Shown here: positions 18,946-28,871 of the stretch, in pieces
Layout of the letters: every line of letters begins with the position of its first letter
How positions within the stretch are numbered: the stretch's first letter is position 1
Assembly (NCBI RefSeq): GCF_021545785.1
Contig: NZ_CP079801.1
Span: 2,826,057-2,890,056, forward strand
DNA length: 64,000 bases
Direction of reading: 5' to 3'
DNA from: Halopseudomonas maritima
GTDB taxonomy: Bacteria > Pseudomonadota > Gammaproteobacteria > Pseudomonadales > Pseudomonadaceae
Translations under genes and position numbers: made by a program
Notes under the pieces: model-generated
Seen by the model: the letters and a program-made list of their open reading frames with translations, nothing else
Database searches by the model: none
What the model was told of the DNA's origin: nothing

Positions 18946-19889
18946 CGCGGATCCTGGTGCTGGTTGCCCCCGGCGAGGAAGCCTTGCCGGGGCTTGACGA
19001 GCTGCCCACCACGGTGGAGTTGCGCACGGTCAGCGATGAGGCGGATCTGCGCCTGCACCTGCCGCAGACCGATGTACTGGTGGTCACCGACTTTCGCACC
19101 GGGTTGCTCGAAGGCTGCTGGCCAGCCGAGCACAACATTCGTTGGGTGCATGCCACCAGTGCCGGGGTCGATGCCTTGATGTTCCCGGCGCTGTGGGACA
19201 GCGATGTGCTGCTCACCAATGCCCGAGGGGTGTTTGATCTGGGCATTGCCGAATACGTACTGGGCGCGGTGCTGATGCATGCCAAGGACAGCCTCGGCAA
19301 CCTGCGGCTGCAGCGTCAGCACCAGTGGCAGCACCGCGAAACCGCGCTGGCCGCGCGTCAGCAGGCTTTGGTTATCGGTGCCGGCTCAATCGGCAGCGAA
19401 GTGGCCAGGCTGTTGGCGGCACTGGATATCGAGGTGACCGGCATCGCCCGTACGGCACGGGAAGCGCCGCACTTTACCCGCGTGCTGGCTAGCGACCAGC
19501 TGGACGCGGTGTTGCCCGGGGCGGACGTGGTGATCATTACCGCGCCGCTGACCGAGGACACGCGCGGGCTGATTAACCGTGATCGCCTAGCGCTGATGCG
19601 TAGCGATGCGCTGCTGGTGAATGTAGGGCGCGGCGCCATTGTGGTTACCGACGATCTGGTCGCGGCTCTCCAGCAGCGTCAGCTCGGCGCTGCGGTACTG
19701 GATGTTGTTGACCCCGAGCCATTGCCCGAAGGGCATGCACTCTGGGACATGCCCAACGTGATGCTGTCGGCGCACATGGCCGGTGATTTCATCGGCTGGC
19801 GCCGCGCGCTGGGTGAGCAGTTCATGGCCAATCTGCACCGCTGGCTGGCCGATGAGCCCCTGCACAACCGTGTGAACAGGGGGAAATAG
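18942..19889 (+). CDS. D-isomer-specific 2-hydroxyacid dehydrogenase family protein
   Basis: 315 aa; NAD-binding GxGxxG (VIGAGSIGSEVA) and the catalytic R/E/H arrangement; start overlaps the upstream stop. Confidence 0.8.
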   Translation: MTRILVLVAPGEEALPGLDELPTTVELRTVSDEADLRLHLPQTDVLVVTDFRTGLLEGCWPAEHNIRWVHATSAGVDALMFPALWDSDVLLTNARGVFDLGIAEYVLGAVLMHAKDSLGNLRLQRQHQWQHRETALAARQQALVIGAGSIGSEVARLLAALDIEVTGIARTAREAPHFTRVLASDQLDAVLPGADVVIITAPLTEDTRGLINRDRLALMRSDALLVNVGRGAIVVTDDLVAALQQRQLGAAVLDVVDPEPLPEGHALWDMPNVMLSAHMAGDFIGWRRALGEQFMANLHRWLADEPLHNRVNRGK

Positions 19890-19938
19890 CGCCCGGAGAC
19901 TAGAAGCAGCCGGGTACTCTGGCACTGAGGAGACGATT

Positions 19939-21357
19939 ATGTCCGACGAAATTCTGGCAATGACGGCGATGCAGTTGCGGGCACATTTTTCCGACCGCCA
20001 GCTCTCGCCCGTCGACGTGGCCAGCGCCATGCTGGACCAGATCGAACGGCTAGACAGTCACACCAACGGTTTTTGCCTGGTGGACCGCGAGACCAGCCTG
20101 GCGCTGGCGCGCGAGTCAGAGCAGCGCTACAGCGCGGGCACGCCGCAGGGGCTGCTGGATGGCGTACCGGTGGCGGTCAAGGATGTCTTTCTCACTCCCA
20201 TGTGGCCAACCCTCAAAGGCTCCCATACCGTTGACCCGCAAAGCACGCTGGGCAAAACCGGCGCCTGCACTGCCGCCTTGGCACGTCACGGCTATGTGCC
20301 CATCGGCAAGACCACCACACCTGAGCTGGGCTGGAAGGGCGTGACCGACAACCCGGTTGACGGCGTGACCAACAACCCCTGGAACCCTGATAAAACCTCC
20401 GGCGGCTCCTCGGGTGGCAGCGGTGTGGCGGTGGCGCTGGGCATGGCGCCGCTGGCGCTCGGCACCGACGCGGGCGGCTCCATCCGTATTCCTTCTGCGT
20501 TCTGCGGCATTGTCGGGCTCAAGCCTTCTTTCGGTGAAGTGCCGCACTGGCCCTCCAGCCCGTTCGGCACCCTGGCCCATGCCGGCCCGATGACCTGGAC
20601 CGTGGAAGACTGCGCGCTGATGATGAACGTGCTGACCGAAGCCGATCATCGAGATACCAACGCGGTGCCACGGCGCAACATTGATTATCTGGCTGAGCTG
20701 AGTGGCGGCGTCAAAGGCCTGAAGATCGCCTACAGCCCTAATCTCGGCTACGTGGATGTAGACCCTGAAGTAGAAGCAGCGGTTGCCGAGGCGGCCAAGG
20801 TGTTCGCCGACCTGGGCGCCGAGGTGGTGCGGGTCGACCCCGGTTTCAGTGATCCGCTGGCCGCCTTTGGCCATCTGTTTTACGGCGGCGCGGCCAATGC
20901 CATTCGCGACCTCGGGCCCAAGAAGCGTGCGCTGATGGATCCGGAGCTGATCAAGGTCGCGGAGAAGGCGTCGCGCCTGAGCATGCTCGATTACATGGGT
21001 GCGATGAACGAGTCCATGGCGCTGCGTGAGCGCATGGCGGCCTTCCATCAGAAGTACGACCTGCTGCTGACGCCAACCCTGCCGCTGACCGCCTTCAAGA
21101 CCGGGCGCGAGGTGCCGGAAGACTGGCCCAGCACCCGCTGGCCGACCTGGACGCCCTTTACCTACCCCTTCAACATGACCGGTCAGCCGGGGCTGTCGGT
21201 CCCCTGCGGCTTTGATAGCAAGGGCTTGCCGATTGGCCTGCAGCTGGTCGGTGCGCGCTTTAACGATGCGGTGGTGCTGCGCGCTGGCCATGCCTACCAG
21301 CAGGCGGCGCCGCTGACCGATCGCCGTCCGGACCTGTTCAACGCTGCACAGGAGTAA
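19939..21357 (+). CDS. Amidase (amidase-signature family)
   Basis: 472 aa; GGSSGGSG signature and the Ser-cisSer-Lys triad region. Confidence 0.9.
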   Translation: MSDEILAMTAMQLRAHFSDRQLSPVDVASAMLDQIERLDSHTNGFCLVDRETSLALARESEQRYSAGTPQGLLDGVPVAVKDVFLTPMWPTLKGSHTVDPQSTLGKTGACTAALARHGYVPIGKTTTPELGWKGVTDNPVDGVTNNPWNPDKTSGGSSGGSGVAVALGMAPLALGTDAGGSIRIPSAFCGIVGLKPSFGEVPHWPSSPFGTLAHAGPMTWTVEDCALMMNVLTEADHRDTNAVPRRNIDYLAELSGGVKGLKIAYSPNLGYVDVDPEVEAAVAEAAKVFADLGAEVVRVDPGFSDPLAAFGHLFYGGAANAIRDLGPKKRALMDPELIKVAEKASRLSMLDYMGAMNESMALRERMAAFHQKYDLLLTPTLPLTAFKTGREVPEDWPSTRWPTWTPFTYPFNMTGQPGLSVPCGFDSKGLPIGLQLVGARFNDAVVLRAGHAYQQAAPLTDRRPDLFNAAQE

Positions 21358-21361
21358 CGCC

Positions 21362-22567
21362 ATGCCACTGGGAAGCTCCGACATTGACCTGTACGAATCG
21401 GAAGATCCGATCTGGAACCCGGCGCTGCTGACCATCCCGATTCCCGGTATCCGCAAGATGGTTAACCTGGCGTCTACCATGGACGATGTTATTCATCTGT
21501 CCATTGGGCAGCCTGACCTGCCGGCGCCCGAGACCGTGGTGGAAGCCTCGGTTGAGGCGCTGCGCGCCGGGCAGACCGGTTACACCATGGATGCCGGCTT
21601 GCCCGAGCTGCTGGAGTCGTTGGCCGAGTACTACAGCGAGCGCTATCAGCGGCCGCTGACGCCGGACAACATCATGATCACCACCGGCGCGACCGAGGCG
21701 ATCTATCTGGCGTTGACCGCAGTGGCGGCACCGGGTCGCCACTTTATCGTGCCCGATCCGGCATTCATGCTGTATGCACCGCTGATTCGCATGAACGGTG
21801 GCGAGGTGACCGAGATCACCACCCGTGCCGAAAACCACCACCAGCTTGATCCGCAGGAGGTGATCGATGCCATCGAGCCGCACACCCACGCGATTGTGCT
21901 CAACTCACCAAGCAACCCGACCGGCACGCTTTACCCCCGTGAGACGCTCGAAGCAATCCTGGAGGAGGCAGCCTATCGCGGTATTCATGTGATCAGCGAT
22001 GAGGTTTACGACCACCTGATCTATGACGGCCGTGAGTATCCCTCGGTGCTGTCGTGCTGCAGCGATCTGGACCATGTGATGGTGGTCAGCAGTTTCTCCA
22101 AAACCTACAGCATGGCCGGGATGCGCATCGGCTGGCTGATCGGCAGTCAGGCGGCGATCAAAAAGCTGCGGCGCTACCACATGTTCACCACCACAGTGGC
22201 CAACACGCCGTTTCAGTGGGCGGGGGTAGCGGCGCTGCGCAGCGGCGGTGCCTTTATCGAGGAGATGCTCAGCGAGTACACCCGGCGGCGCGACCGGCTG
22301 GTGGAGCTGGTGGAGCAAACGCCGCACCTGACCGGATACAAGCCCGAAGGGGCCTTCTACCTTTTCCCGGCGCTGCCAGAAGGGGTCAATGGCACCAACG
22401 TGGCGCTGCGGCTGCTGAAGGAAACCGGCGTGTGTACCATTCCCGGCGAGACCTTCGGCAACAGTTGCAGCAACGCTTTGCGGCTGAGTTATTCAACCTC
22501 GCTGGAGCGGATCGAGCGTGCCTTTGAGCGGATTATTCCGTGGATGGAGAAGCAGGATTTTGATTAG
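21362..22567 (+). CDS. Class I/II PLP-dependent aminotransferase
   Basis: 401 aa; SFSKTYSMAGMRIGW lysine-PLP motif. Confidence 0.85.
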   Translation: MPLGSSDIDLYESEDPIWNPALLTIPIPGIRKMVNLASTMDDVIHLSIGQPDLPAPETVVEASVEALRAGQTGYTMDAGLPELLESLAEYYSERYQRPLTPDNIMITTGATEAIYLALTAVAAPGRHFIVPDPAFMLYAPLIRMNGGEVTEITTRAENHHQLDPQEVIDAIEPHTHAIVLNSPSNPTGTLYPRETLEAILEEAAYRGIHVISDEVYDHLIYDGREYPSVLSCCSDLDHVMVVSSFSKTYSMAGMRIGWLIGSQAAIKKLRRYHMFTTTVANTPFQWAGVAALRSGGAFIEEMLSEYTRRRDRLVELVEQTPHLTGYKPEGAFYLFPALPEGVNGTNVALRLLKETGVCTIPGETFGNSCSNALRLSYSTSLERIERAFERIIPWMEKQDFD

Positions 22568-22933
22568 GGGTGGGTTCTAAGCTGGTTAATCAGTGTTTAG
22601 GGGAGGTCCGGTTGGCTGTTTCTCGTGGCGCGCTGTTGTCGAATCGGCTTTTCGCCTTTTCGGCGAGCTAAGGGGCACCCGACTACGCGGCCCTTCGGGT
22701 TCGCTGCGTTGCTCGGTCTGACGGGGAGCGGCAGAACTCGTCGCTTTGCTCCTCAGACATGCTGCCGCTCTATTTCCCGTCAGCCCTGCGCTACTCGCCC
22801 GCGTAAACGGGACGAAACCCGGGTGCGCACTCCACCATGCGAGCACGTTGATCGCTCCCACACGCTTCGCGTGGGAGCGCCTGACTGGACGCTCTGCGTC
22901 CGATCCCTCATACGGCACTCTTCTTACGATCCG
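22568..22933. other. Hairpin-dense 366-bp intergenic block between convergent genes; candidate structured ncRNA or REP-like repeat cluster
   Basis: At least six short GC stems with TTC/TTCG-type loops are visible (CGCC-TTTTC-GGCG; GGCCC-TTC-GGG; GAGCGGCAG...CTGCCGCTC; CCCG-CGTAAA-CGGG overlapping CGGG-ACGAAA-CCCG; CACGC-TTC-GCGTG; GACGC-TCT-GCGTC). No convincing ORF. Confidence 0.5.
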
Positions 22934-24130
22934 CTAAATCGCCCTGCGCGCGCGCAGCTCGGCAATCTGCTGTTCGCTGTACCCGAGTGTGCCAAGGATG
23001 GCATCGGTGTGCTCACCCAGCGCCGGCCCGGTCCATTCGGCGCTGCCGGGGGTGTCTGACAGTTTGGGCACGATGCCTGGCATCTTGAAGGCTTTGCCGT
23101 CGGGCAGGGTGGCGTTCAGAAACATCTCGCGGGCGAGATACTGCGGGTCGGTGAACATGTCGGCGGCGGAGTAGATCTTGCTGGCCGGGACTTCGGCCTG
23201 CTCCAAAACCTTTAACACCTCGTCCTGCGGAAGGCTCGCTGCCCAGCGGTCGATCAGTGCGTACAACTCGTCGCGACGGGTGTCCCGGCCGGCGTTGTCG
23301 GCCAGGGTCGGGTCATCGGCGAGATCATCACGGCCAATGGCACGCATGAAGCGCTGAAAAATGGCGTCGCCGTTGGCGCCGATCTGTACTGCTTTGCCGT
23401 CGCTGCAGGTGTGGATGGAGGAGGGGGTGATACCGGGCATGATGTTGCCGGTGCGCTCACGCACAAAGCCCATCACGTCAAACTCCGGCACCATGCTTTC
23501 CATCATCGCGAACACTGCTTCGTACAGGGCTACATCGACGATCTGCCCCTTGCCCTGATTGACCTCCCGGTGCCGCAGGGCCATGAGCGCGCCGATGACG
23601 CCCCAGAGCGCGGCGATGGAGTCGCCGATCGAGATGCCGGTGCGCACCGGCGGGCGATCTTCAAAGCCTGTGATATAGCGCAGTCCGCCCATGGATTCGC
23701 CCACGGCGCCAAAGCCCGGCTGATCTTTCAGCGGCCCGGTCTGGCCGAACCCGGACAGCCGCACCATCACCAGAGCGGGGTTGAGCGCGTGCAGGGTGTC
23801 CCAGTCCAGCCCCAGCTTTTCCAGGGTGCCCGGTCGAAAGTTCTCGATCAGGATGTCCGCCTCACTGAGTAACTGCTTGAGAATGGCGATGCCGTCGGCA
23901 TCTTTGAGGTTCAGCGTGAGCGATTGCTTGTTACGCGCCTGCACAAACCACCACAGCGAGGTGCCCTCGTACAGCTTGCGCCATTTGCGTAGCGGGTCAC
24001 CGCCGTTGGGTGATTCAACCTTGATGACCTCGGCGCCAAACTCGGCGCAGATGCGGGCGGCAAAGGGGCCGGCGATCAGGGTGCCGAGTTCGATCACCTT
24101 GAGGCCGGCGAGGGGTTTGGCGCTGTGCAT
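22934..24130 (-). CDS. CoA-transferase family III (CaiB/BaiF-type) protein
   Basis: About 398 aa from MHSAKPLAGLKVIELGTLIAGPFAA, the diagnostic N-terminus of family III CoA-transferases. Confidence 0.85.
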   Translation of the reverse strand: MHSAKPLAGLKVIELGTLIAGPFAARICAEFGAEVIKVESPNGGDPLRKWRKLYEGTSLWWFVQARNKQSLTLNLKDADGIAILKQLLSEADILIENFRPGTLEKLGLDWDTLHALNPALVMVRLSGFGQTGPLKDQPGFGAVGESMGGLRYITGFEDRPPVRTGISIGDSIAALWGVIGALMALRHREVNQGKGQIVDVALYEAVFAMMESMVPEFDVMGFVRERTGNIMPGITPSSIHTCSDGKAVQIGANGDAIFQRFMRAIGRDDLADDPTLADNAGRDTRRDELYALIDRWAASLPQDEVLKVLEQAEVPASKIYSAADMFTDPQYLAREMFLNATLPDGKAFKMPGIVPKLSDTPGSAEWTGPALGEHTDAILGTLGYSEQQIAELRARRAI

Positions 24131-24229
24131 GCTGTCTCCGGCACGGTGTTGGTGGCTGCACAGTGTAGGCCATTGCATCCAGGCAGCCTATCCGCGCGTG
24201 AGTGCGGCGCCTGGGACAGGGCTGCGCAG

Positions 24230-25545
24230 TCAGTCTTCAATGGCGTCGGCAAACTGGCCGATGGCATCAACCACGCGCTGCGCCTCGTCGCGAATCTCCA
24301 GCATGACTTCCCCGGCGCGATTGGCCAGCTCCACTCCCTGTTCGGCCTTCTCTCGCCCGCCGCTCATGCCGCTGACTGCCTGCTGGGCCAGCTCCATGTT
24401 TTGCTGCACCACGTCGTTGATCTCAACCGTGGCCTGCGCTGTGCGCGCCGCGAGGTTGCGCACCTCGTCGGCAACTACGGCAAAACCACGCCCTTGCTCG
24501 CCGGCGCGTGCCGCCTCGATGGCAGCGTTCAGGGCCAGCAAGTTGGTCTGCTCGGCGATGCCGCGAATCACCTGCACGATGCTGTTGATGCGCTCAGACT
24601 GGGCGCTCAAAGCGCCGATGCTGTCTGCTACCTGTGCCAGCTCCTGTGCGATGCTGCGCACCACGTTGACGGTCTGATCGACGGTGTCTGCGCCATTGCG
24701 GGCGCTGCTATCTGTCTCGGCGGCGATGTCGAAGGCCAGTTTTGCTGCGGCGGACTCGGCGTGCCGGCGCTCGACCTGTGCGGTGATATCGCTGGCAAAT
24801 TTCACCACCCCATACAGCCTGCCCTGGGCGTCGTACAGCGGGTTGTAGGTAGCACGCAGCCAGACTTGCGCACCGCCTTTGCTGATGCGGCGGAAGCGGT
24901 CGGAGATGAAGTTGCCGTTGTTCAGGCTGGCCCAGAAGCGACGGTACTCTTCGCTGGCGGCATCCTCCGGCGTGCAGAACAGGCTGTGGTGCTGCCCTTT
25001 GATCTCATCCAGACGGTAACCCATGGTGCCGAGGAAATTCTCGTTGGCGGTGACGATGTGTCCGTCGGTGGTGAATTCGATCACAGCCATGGACCGGTTG
25101 ATGGCGTTCGGCAGGCTTTCATGCTGCTGTTCGGCCTGCACCTCGCGGGTGATGTCGGTGGCCAGCTTGAGCACGCTATCCACCCGGCCGGCGGCGTCGC
25201 AAATGGGGATATAGCTGGCCTCCAGCCAGATCGAGCGCCCCCCTGGCCCTGACGCATAAAACGGTCGCTGAAGCTCTCGCCATCGGCCAGGCGCTGCCAG
25301 AACCTTTTGTATTCGGCGCTGGCTACCAGCTGTGGCGCACAGAACATACTGTGCTGCTGACCGCGTATCTCGTCCAGCTGATACCCCACCACGTTCAGAA
25401 AGGCGGGGTTGGCGTCGAGGATCACGCCCTTGGGACTGAACTCGATCCAGGCAAGGTTCTGCCGGATGGCTTCAAGGATGCTGTTCTTGTTGTCGAGCTC
25501 TTGCCGAGCCTGTTGCAGCGCGGCGCGCTGGCTGGATCCGAACAT
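24230..25545 (-). pseudogene. Soluble PAS-PAS-MCP chemoreceptor (BdlA-like architecture) interrupted by a -1 frameshift in a C6/G6 homopolymer
   Basis: ORFs 25081-25545 (PAS-1: [34 protein letters not shown]) and 24230-25183 (PAS-2 plus MCP signalling domain) overlap in different frames. Adding one G in the GGGGGG run (plus-strand CCCCCC 25238-25243) restores ...[34 protein letters not shown]... Confidence 0.7.
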
Positions 25546-25758
25546 CGTTAACCTCTAGCGTCGAAACTATAGATGGTGCTGACACATAACAGGGGCATCG
25601 GCCAGAGCGGAGACATCTTGAGATGGCGGCGGCGAATTTCACAGCGCGGCGGTGGCGCGCTATGCTCGTCTGAAGCCCGTGCCATGTGCGTGGCCTGAGT
25701 TCTGGCGAAGCATGCTGCCTCGCTACCAAATCAATGTTGTGCCGATCAGGAGTGTTTC

Positions 25759-26688
25759 TTGGCTACCAGTCTGCTTGTGTTGCTTGACGATATTGCGTCG
25801 GTGCTTGATGACGTGTCCGTGATGACCAAGGTGGCGGCCAAGAAAACCGCCGGCGTGCTGGGCGATGACCTGGCGTTGAACGCGCAGCAGGTGACCGGAG
25901 TGCGCGCCGAGCGCGAACTGCCAGTGGTCTGGGCGGTGGCCAAGGGGTCCTTGCGTAACAAATTCATTCTGGTGCCCGCGGCGCTGTTGATCAGCGCCGT
26001 CGCGCCCTGGCTTATCACGCCGCTGCTGATGCTGGGTGGTGCCTTTCTCTGCTACGAGGGGGCCGAGAAGCTGGCGCACCGCTTTCTGCATGATGTGCAC
26101 AGTGAGCATCAGGAAACGGTCAAGGCGCTGAATGACGAGAAGGTGGATATGGTGGCGCGCGAGAAACGCAAGATTGCCGGCGCCATTCGCACCGACTTTG
26201 TCCTGTCTGCCGAGATTATTGCCATCACCCTGGGCACCGTGGCGGAGGCCGAGTTTTTGACCCGTGTGCTGGTGTTGTGTGGTATTGCCCTGCTGATGAC
26301 CATCGGTGTTTATGGCCTGGTCGCCGGCATCGTCAAGCTTGATGATGGCGGTCTGGCGCTGACCCGGCGCAGCAGCGCTTTTGCCCAGGCCTGCGGGCGC
26401 GGCATCCTGGCGGCGGCGCCGTGGTTAATGAAAACCCTGTCAGTGGTAGGAACTGCAGCAATGTTCATGGTCGGTGGCGGCATCCTCAGTCATGGGATTG
26501 CGGTAGTACACCACTGGATTGAAGCCAGCGCCGCGCAGGTGTCGGGCTGGCCCTGGCTGGGCACGGTGCTGGGCGGGCTGACACCGACCTTGCTGAATGC
26601 GTTGTTCGGCATTGTCGCCGGCGCGCTGATACTGGGCTTGATTACCCTGGTCGGCAAGCTGCGCGGACAGGGTGCCAGCGCCGGTTAG
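25759..26688 (+). CDS. DUF808 (YedI-like) inner-membrane protein
   Basis: 309 aa; [19 protein letters not shown]-terminus characteristic of DUF808. Confidence 0.75.
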   Translation: MATSLLVLLDDIASVLDDVSVMTKVAAKKTAGVLGDDLALNAQQVTGVRAERELPVVWAVAKGSLRNKFILVPAALLISAVAPWLITPLLMLGGAFLCYEGAEKLAHRFLHDVHSEHQETVKALNDEKVDMVAREKRKIAGAIRTDFVLSAEIIAITLGTVAEAEFLTRVLVLCGIALLMTIGVYGLVAGIVKLDDGGLALTRRSSAFAQACGRGILAAAPWLMKTLSVVGTAAMFMVGGGILSHGIAVVHHWIEASAAQVSGWPWLGTVLGGLTPTLLNALFGIVAGALILGLITLVGKLRGQGASAG

Positions 26689-26707
26689 GCGATAGATGCA
26701 AGGCGGC

Positions 26708-28030
26708 TCAATGCTTGACGGAGCTGAGTGCCTGCGTGTGGGTGTTGAGGTCTTCGCCCAGGCGATACTGGTTGTTGCCGCTGCGCTTGGCGGCATACAT
26801 CGCCAGGTCGGCGGCGTGGATCAGCTTGTCCATGGTCGGGGCATGTTCGGGGAAGAGTGCGACCCCGAGGCTGGCGCCAATGCGGTAATCGCGCCCTTGC
26901 AGCGTCATGGCAGGCGCCAGGCTGGTGAGCAGCTTTGCGCTGATGCGCTCGGCCTCCGCGCCGACCTCGGTGCTGCGTGACAGCCCTTCGAGCAGCACGA
27001 CAAACTCGTCACCGCCCAGACGCGCGACCATGTCGCTGCTACGCACAGCGCTGCGTAGGCGTTGCGCGACTTCCACCAGCACAGTGTCACCGGCGGCGTG
27101 GCCGTGCTGGTCGTTGATGAACTTGAACTTGTTGAGATCGATGAACACCAGCGCCAGGCGGCTGTTCTGGGCGCGGGCGCGTGTAATCGCTGCGCCGAGC
27201 TGCTGTTCGAGCATCAGGCGGTTGGGCAGGCCGGTCAGTGGGTCCTTGTGGGCGAGCTGGCGCAGCTCCTGGGCTGAGCGCTTTTCGTCGGTGATGTCGC
27301 GCACGACACCCATCATCCTGATGGCCTCGCCTTGCTCGTTCTTGATCACGTTGCCGGTTTCCCTGACCCAGTGCACGCTGCCGTCTGGCCAGACCACACG
27401 GTATTCCTCGTCGTGGTTCTCGCCGGTTTCGATGCAGCGGATCTCACCAGCGCGTACGCGCTCGCGATCATCAGGGTGCACGCTGTTGCAGAACAGGCTG
27501 TAGCTGGGTGTCACCGCCCCCGGCTGGTAGCCGAACATGCCGTAAATGGCTTCCGACCAATACAGCCGGTCGGTGTCGATCTCCCAGTCCCAGGTGCCGA
27601 TTTGGGCAAAATACTGGCTACGCTTGAAGCGCTCCATGGTCTCGGCGCTGGACTGCAGGTCGGTCTCGGGGTGCAGTAGCAGCACCGTCTGGCCGTCGAT
27701 GTCGGGCAGGCGAGTCAGATCCTGCTGGCGCAGGCCCTGTGATGTCGGCAACTGCAGCTCGATACGCTCCAGGGGGGCGGGCATGGCGGTCAGCGCTGGC
27801 AGCCAGCGGCTGATCGGCAAGTCTGCTCGCAGCTGTTGTGCAGACTGTTCGAGCAGACGACGCGCTGAAGGGTTGTGCCAGCGGATGCGGTGCCGGCCGT
27901 CGAGTATCAGCAGGCCGTTGGGTGACAGCTCCAGTAGTGCCTTGAACGTGGATGCCCGCCTGCGACTGCGCTGCAAGGCCAGGCCTGCGAGCAGTAAGAG
28001 CATGGATAGGGCAGTCAACAAAAGGGTCAT
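26708..28030 (-). CDS. Membrane-anchored PAS-GGDEF diguanylate cyclase
   Basis: PAS domain then GGDEF (RLGGDEFVVLL), the inhibitory-site RxxD present; start taken at ATG 28030 (TM helix LLLTALSMLLLLAGLAL). GTG 28141 is the alternative. Confidence 0.75.
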   Translation of the reverse strand: MTLLLTALSMLLLLAGLALQRSRRRASTFKALLELSPNGLLILDGRHRIRWHNPSARRLLEQSAQQLRADLPISRWLPALTAMPAPLERIELQLPTSQGLRQQDLTRLPDIDGQTVLLLHPETDLQSSAETMERFKRSQYFAQIGTWDWEIDTDRLYWSEAIYGMFGYQPGAVTPSYSLFCNSVHPDDRERVRAGEIRCIETGENHDEEYRVVWPDGSVHWVRETGNVIKNEQGEAIRMMGVVRDITDEKRSAQELRQLAHKDPLTGLPNRLMLEQQLGAAITRARAQNSRLALVFIDLNKFKFINDQHGHAAGDTVLVEVAQRLRSAVRSSDMVARLGGDEFVVLLEGLSRSTEVGAEAERISAKLLTSLAPAMTLQGRDYRIGASLGVALFPEHAPTMDKLIHAADLAMYAAKRSGNNQYRLGEDLNTHTQALSSVKH

Positions 28031-28172
28031 TGGGTTATCAGGCAGCGACGATTTGCCGCAGTATAACGCGGCGGCGAGGGCAGGCCATCCCGTAGTGGCA
28101 ATTTGCTTTGATGGCAGCTGAACCACCGGCGCTGGCAGCACTCACAGTTATACAGGTGCGCGGGAGCGAGAC

Positions 28173-28670
28173 ATGAAGGATATGGAGCAGGTACTGAACA
28201 CGATTGGCCGTACTCTGGTCGATGAGTTTTCCGATCTGACAGATATTGAGCAGGGCACCCGCGTTACGCTACGACTGCTGCTGGCGGCGCTACTGGGTGG
28301 CGTGCTGGGCCTGGAGCGCGAGCGGCAGGGCAAGGCTGCTGGTGTGCGTACGCACATGCTGGTATGCCTTGGCGCTGCGCTGTTTGTACTGGTGCCGGAT
28401 GTAGCCGGGGCGCTGGATGACGCCATGAGCCGGGTGATTCAGGGTGTGGTTGCCGGTGTTGGCTTTCTTGGCGCGGGCACTATCCTCAAGGGGGATGCGG
28501 CTAATCAGGTCAAGGGTCTGACCACCGCCGCCGGCATCTGGCTGACCGCTGCGATTGGCGTCACCATTGGCCTGGGGTACCAGGCAACCGGCCTGCTCTG
28601 CGCGGCGCTGGCGTTGATCATTTTGCACCTGGTGCCGATCTTGTTCCGCCCTCCGCAATCACCCTCCTGA
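28173..28670 (+). CDS. MgtC/SapB-family membrane protein
   Basis: 165 aa; MgtC N-terminal domain pattern (LLLAALLGGVLGLERE). Confidence 0.75.
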   Translation: MKDMEQVLNTIGRTLVDEFSDLTDIEQGTRVTLRLLLAALLGGVLGLERERQGKAAGVRTHMLVCLGAALFVLVPDVAGALDDAMSRVIQGVVAGVGFLGAGTILKGDAANQVKGLTTAAGIWLTAAIGVTIGLGYQATGLLCAALALIILHLVPILFRPPQSPS

Positions 28671-28871
28671 AAACGCCGAACTGTGCGCGGGTAGGCTTTT
28701 CTTTGTCTGACGCGCCCAGGGCTGCTGTAGTTAAATAGCCAGTGCACGGATCGCGCCTTCTCTCACGCCGCCTGGAAGCGCCCGCCTTTTTACTGATCCG
28801 TCCCTCTTGTACTGCCTGTCTGAGCCGGTCTTTGTGCCTCTTCCGGCGTCGCCTGAAAAGTGTCTTTAAAA

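Noticed and set aside
24230-25545. Treating 25081-25545 and 24230-25183 as two independent genes
   Set aside because: The second ORF lacks its own N-terminal PAS start and continues the first with no gap once a single base is restored in the C6 run, so this is one interrupted gene
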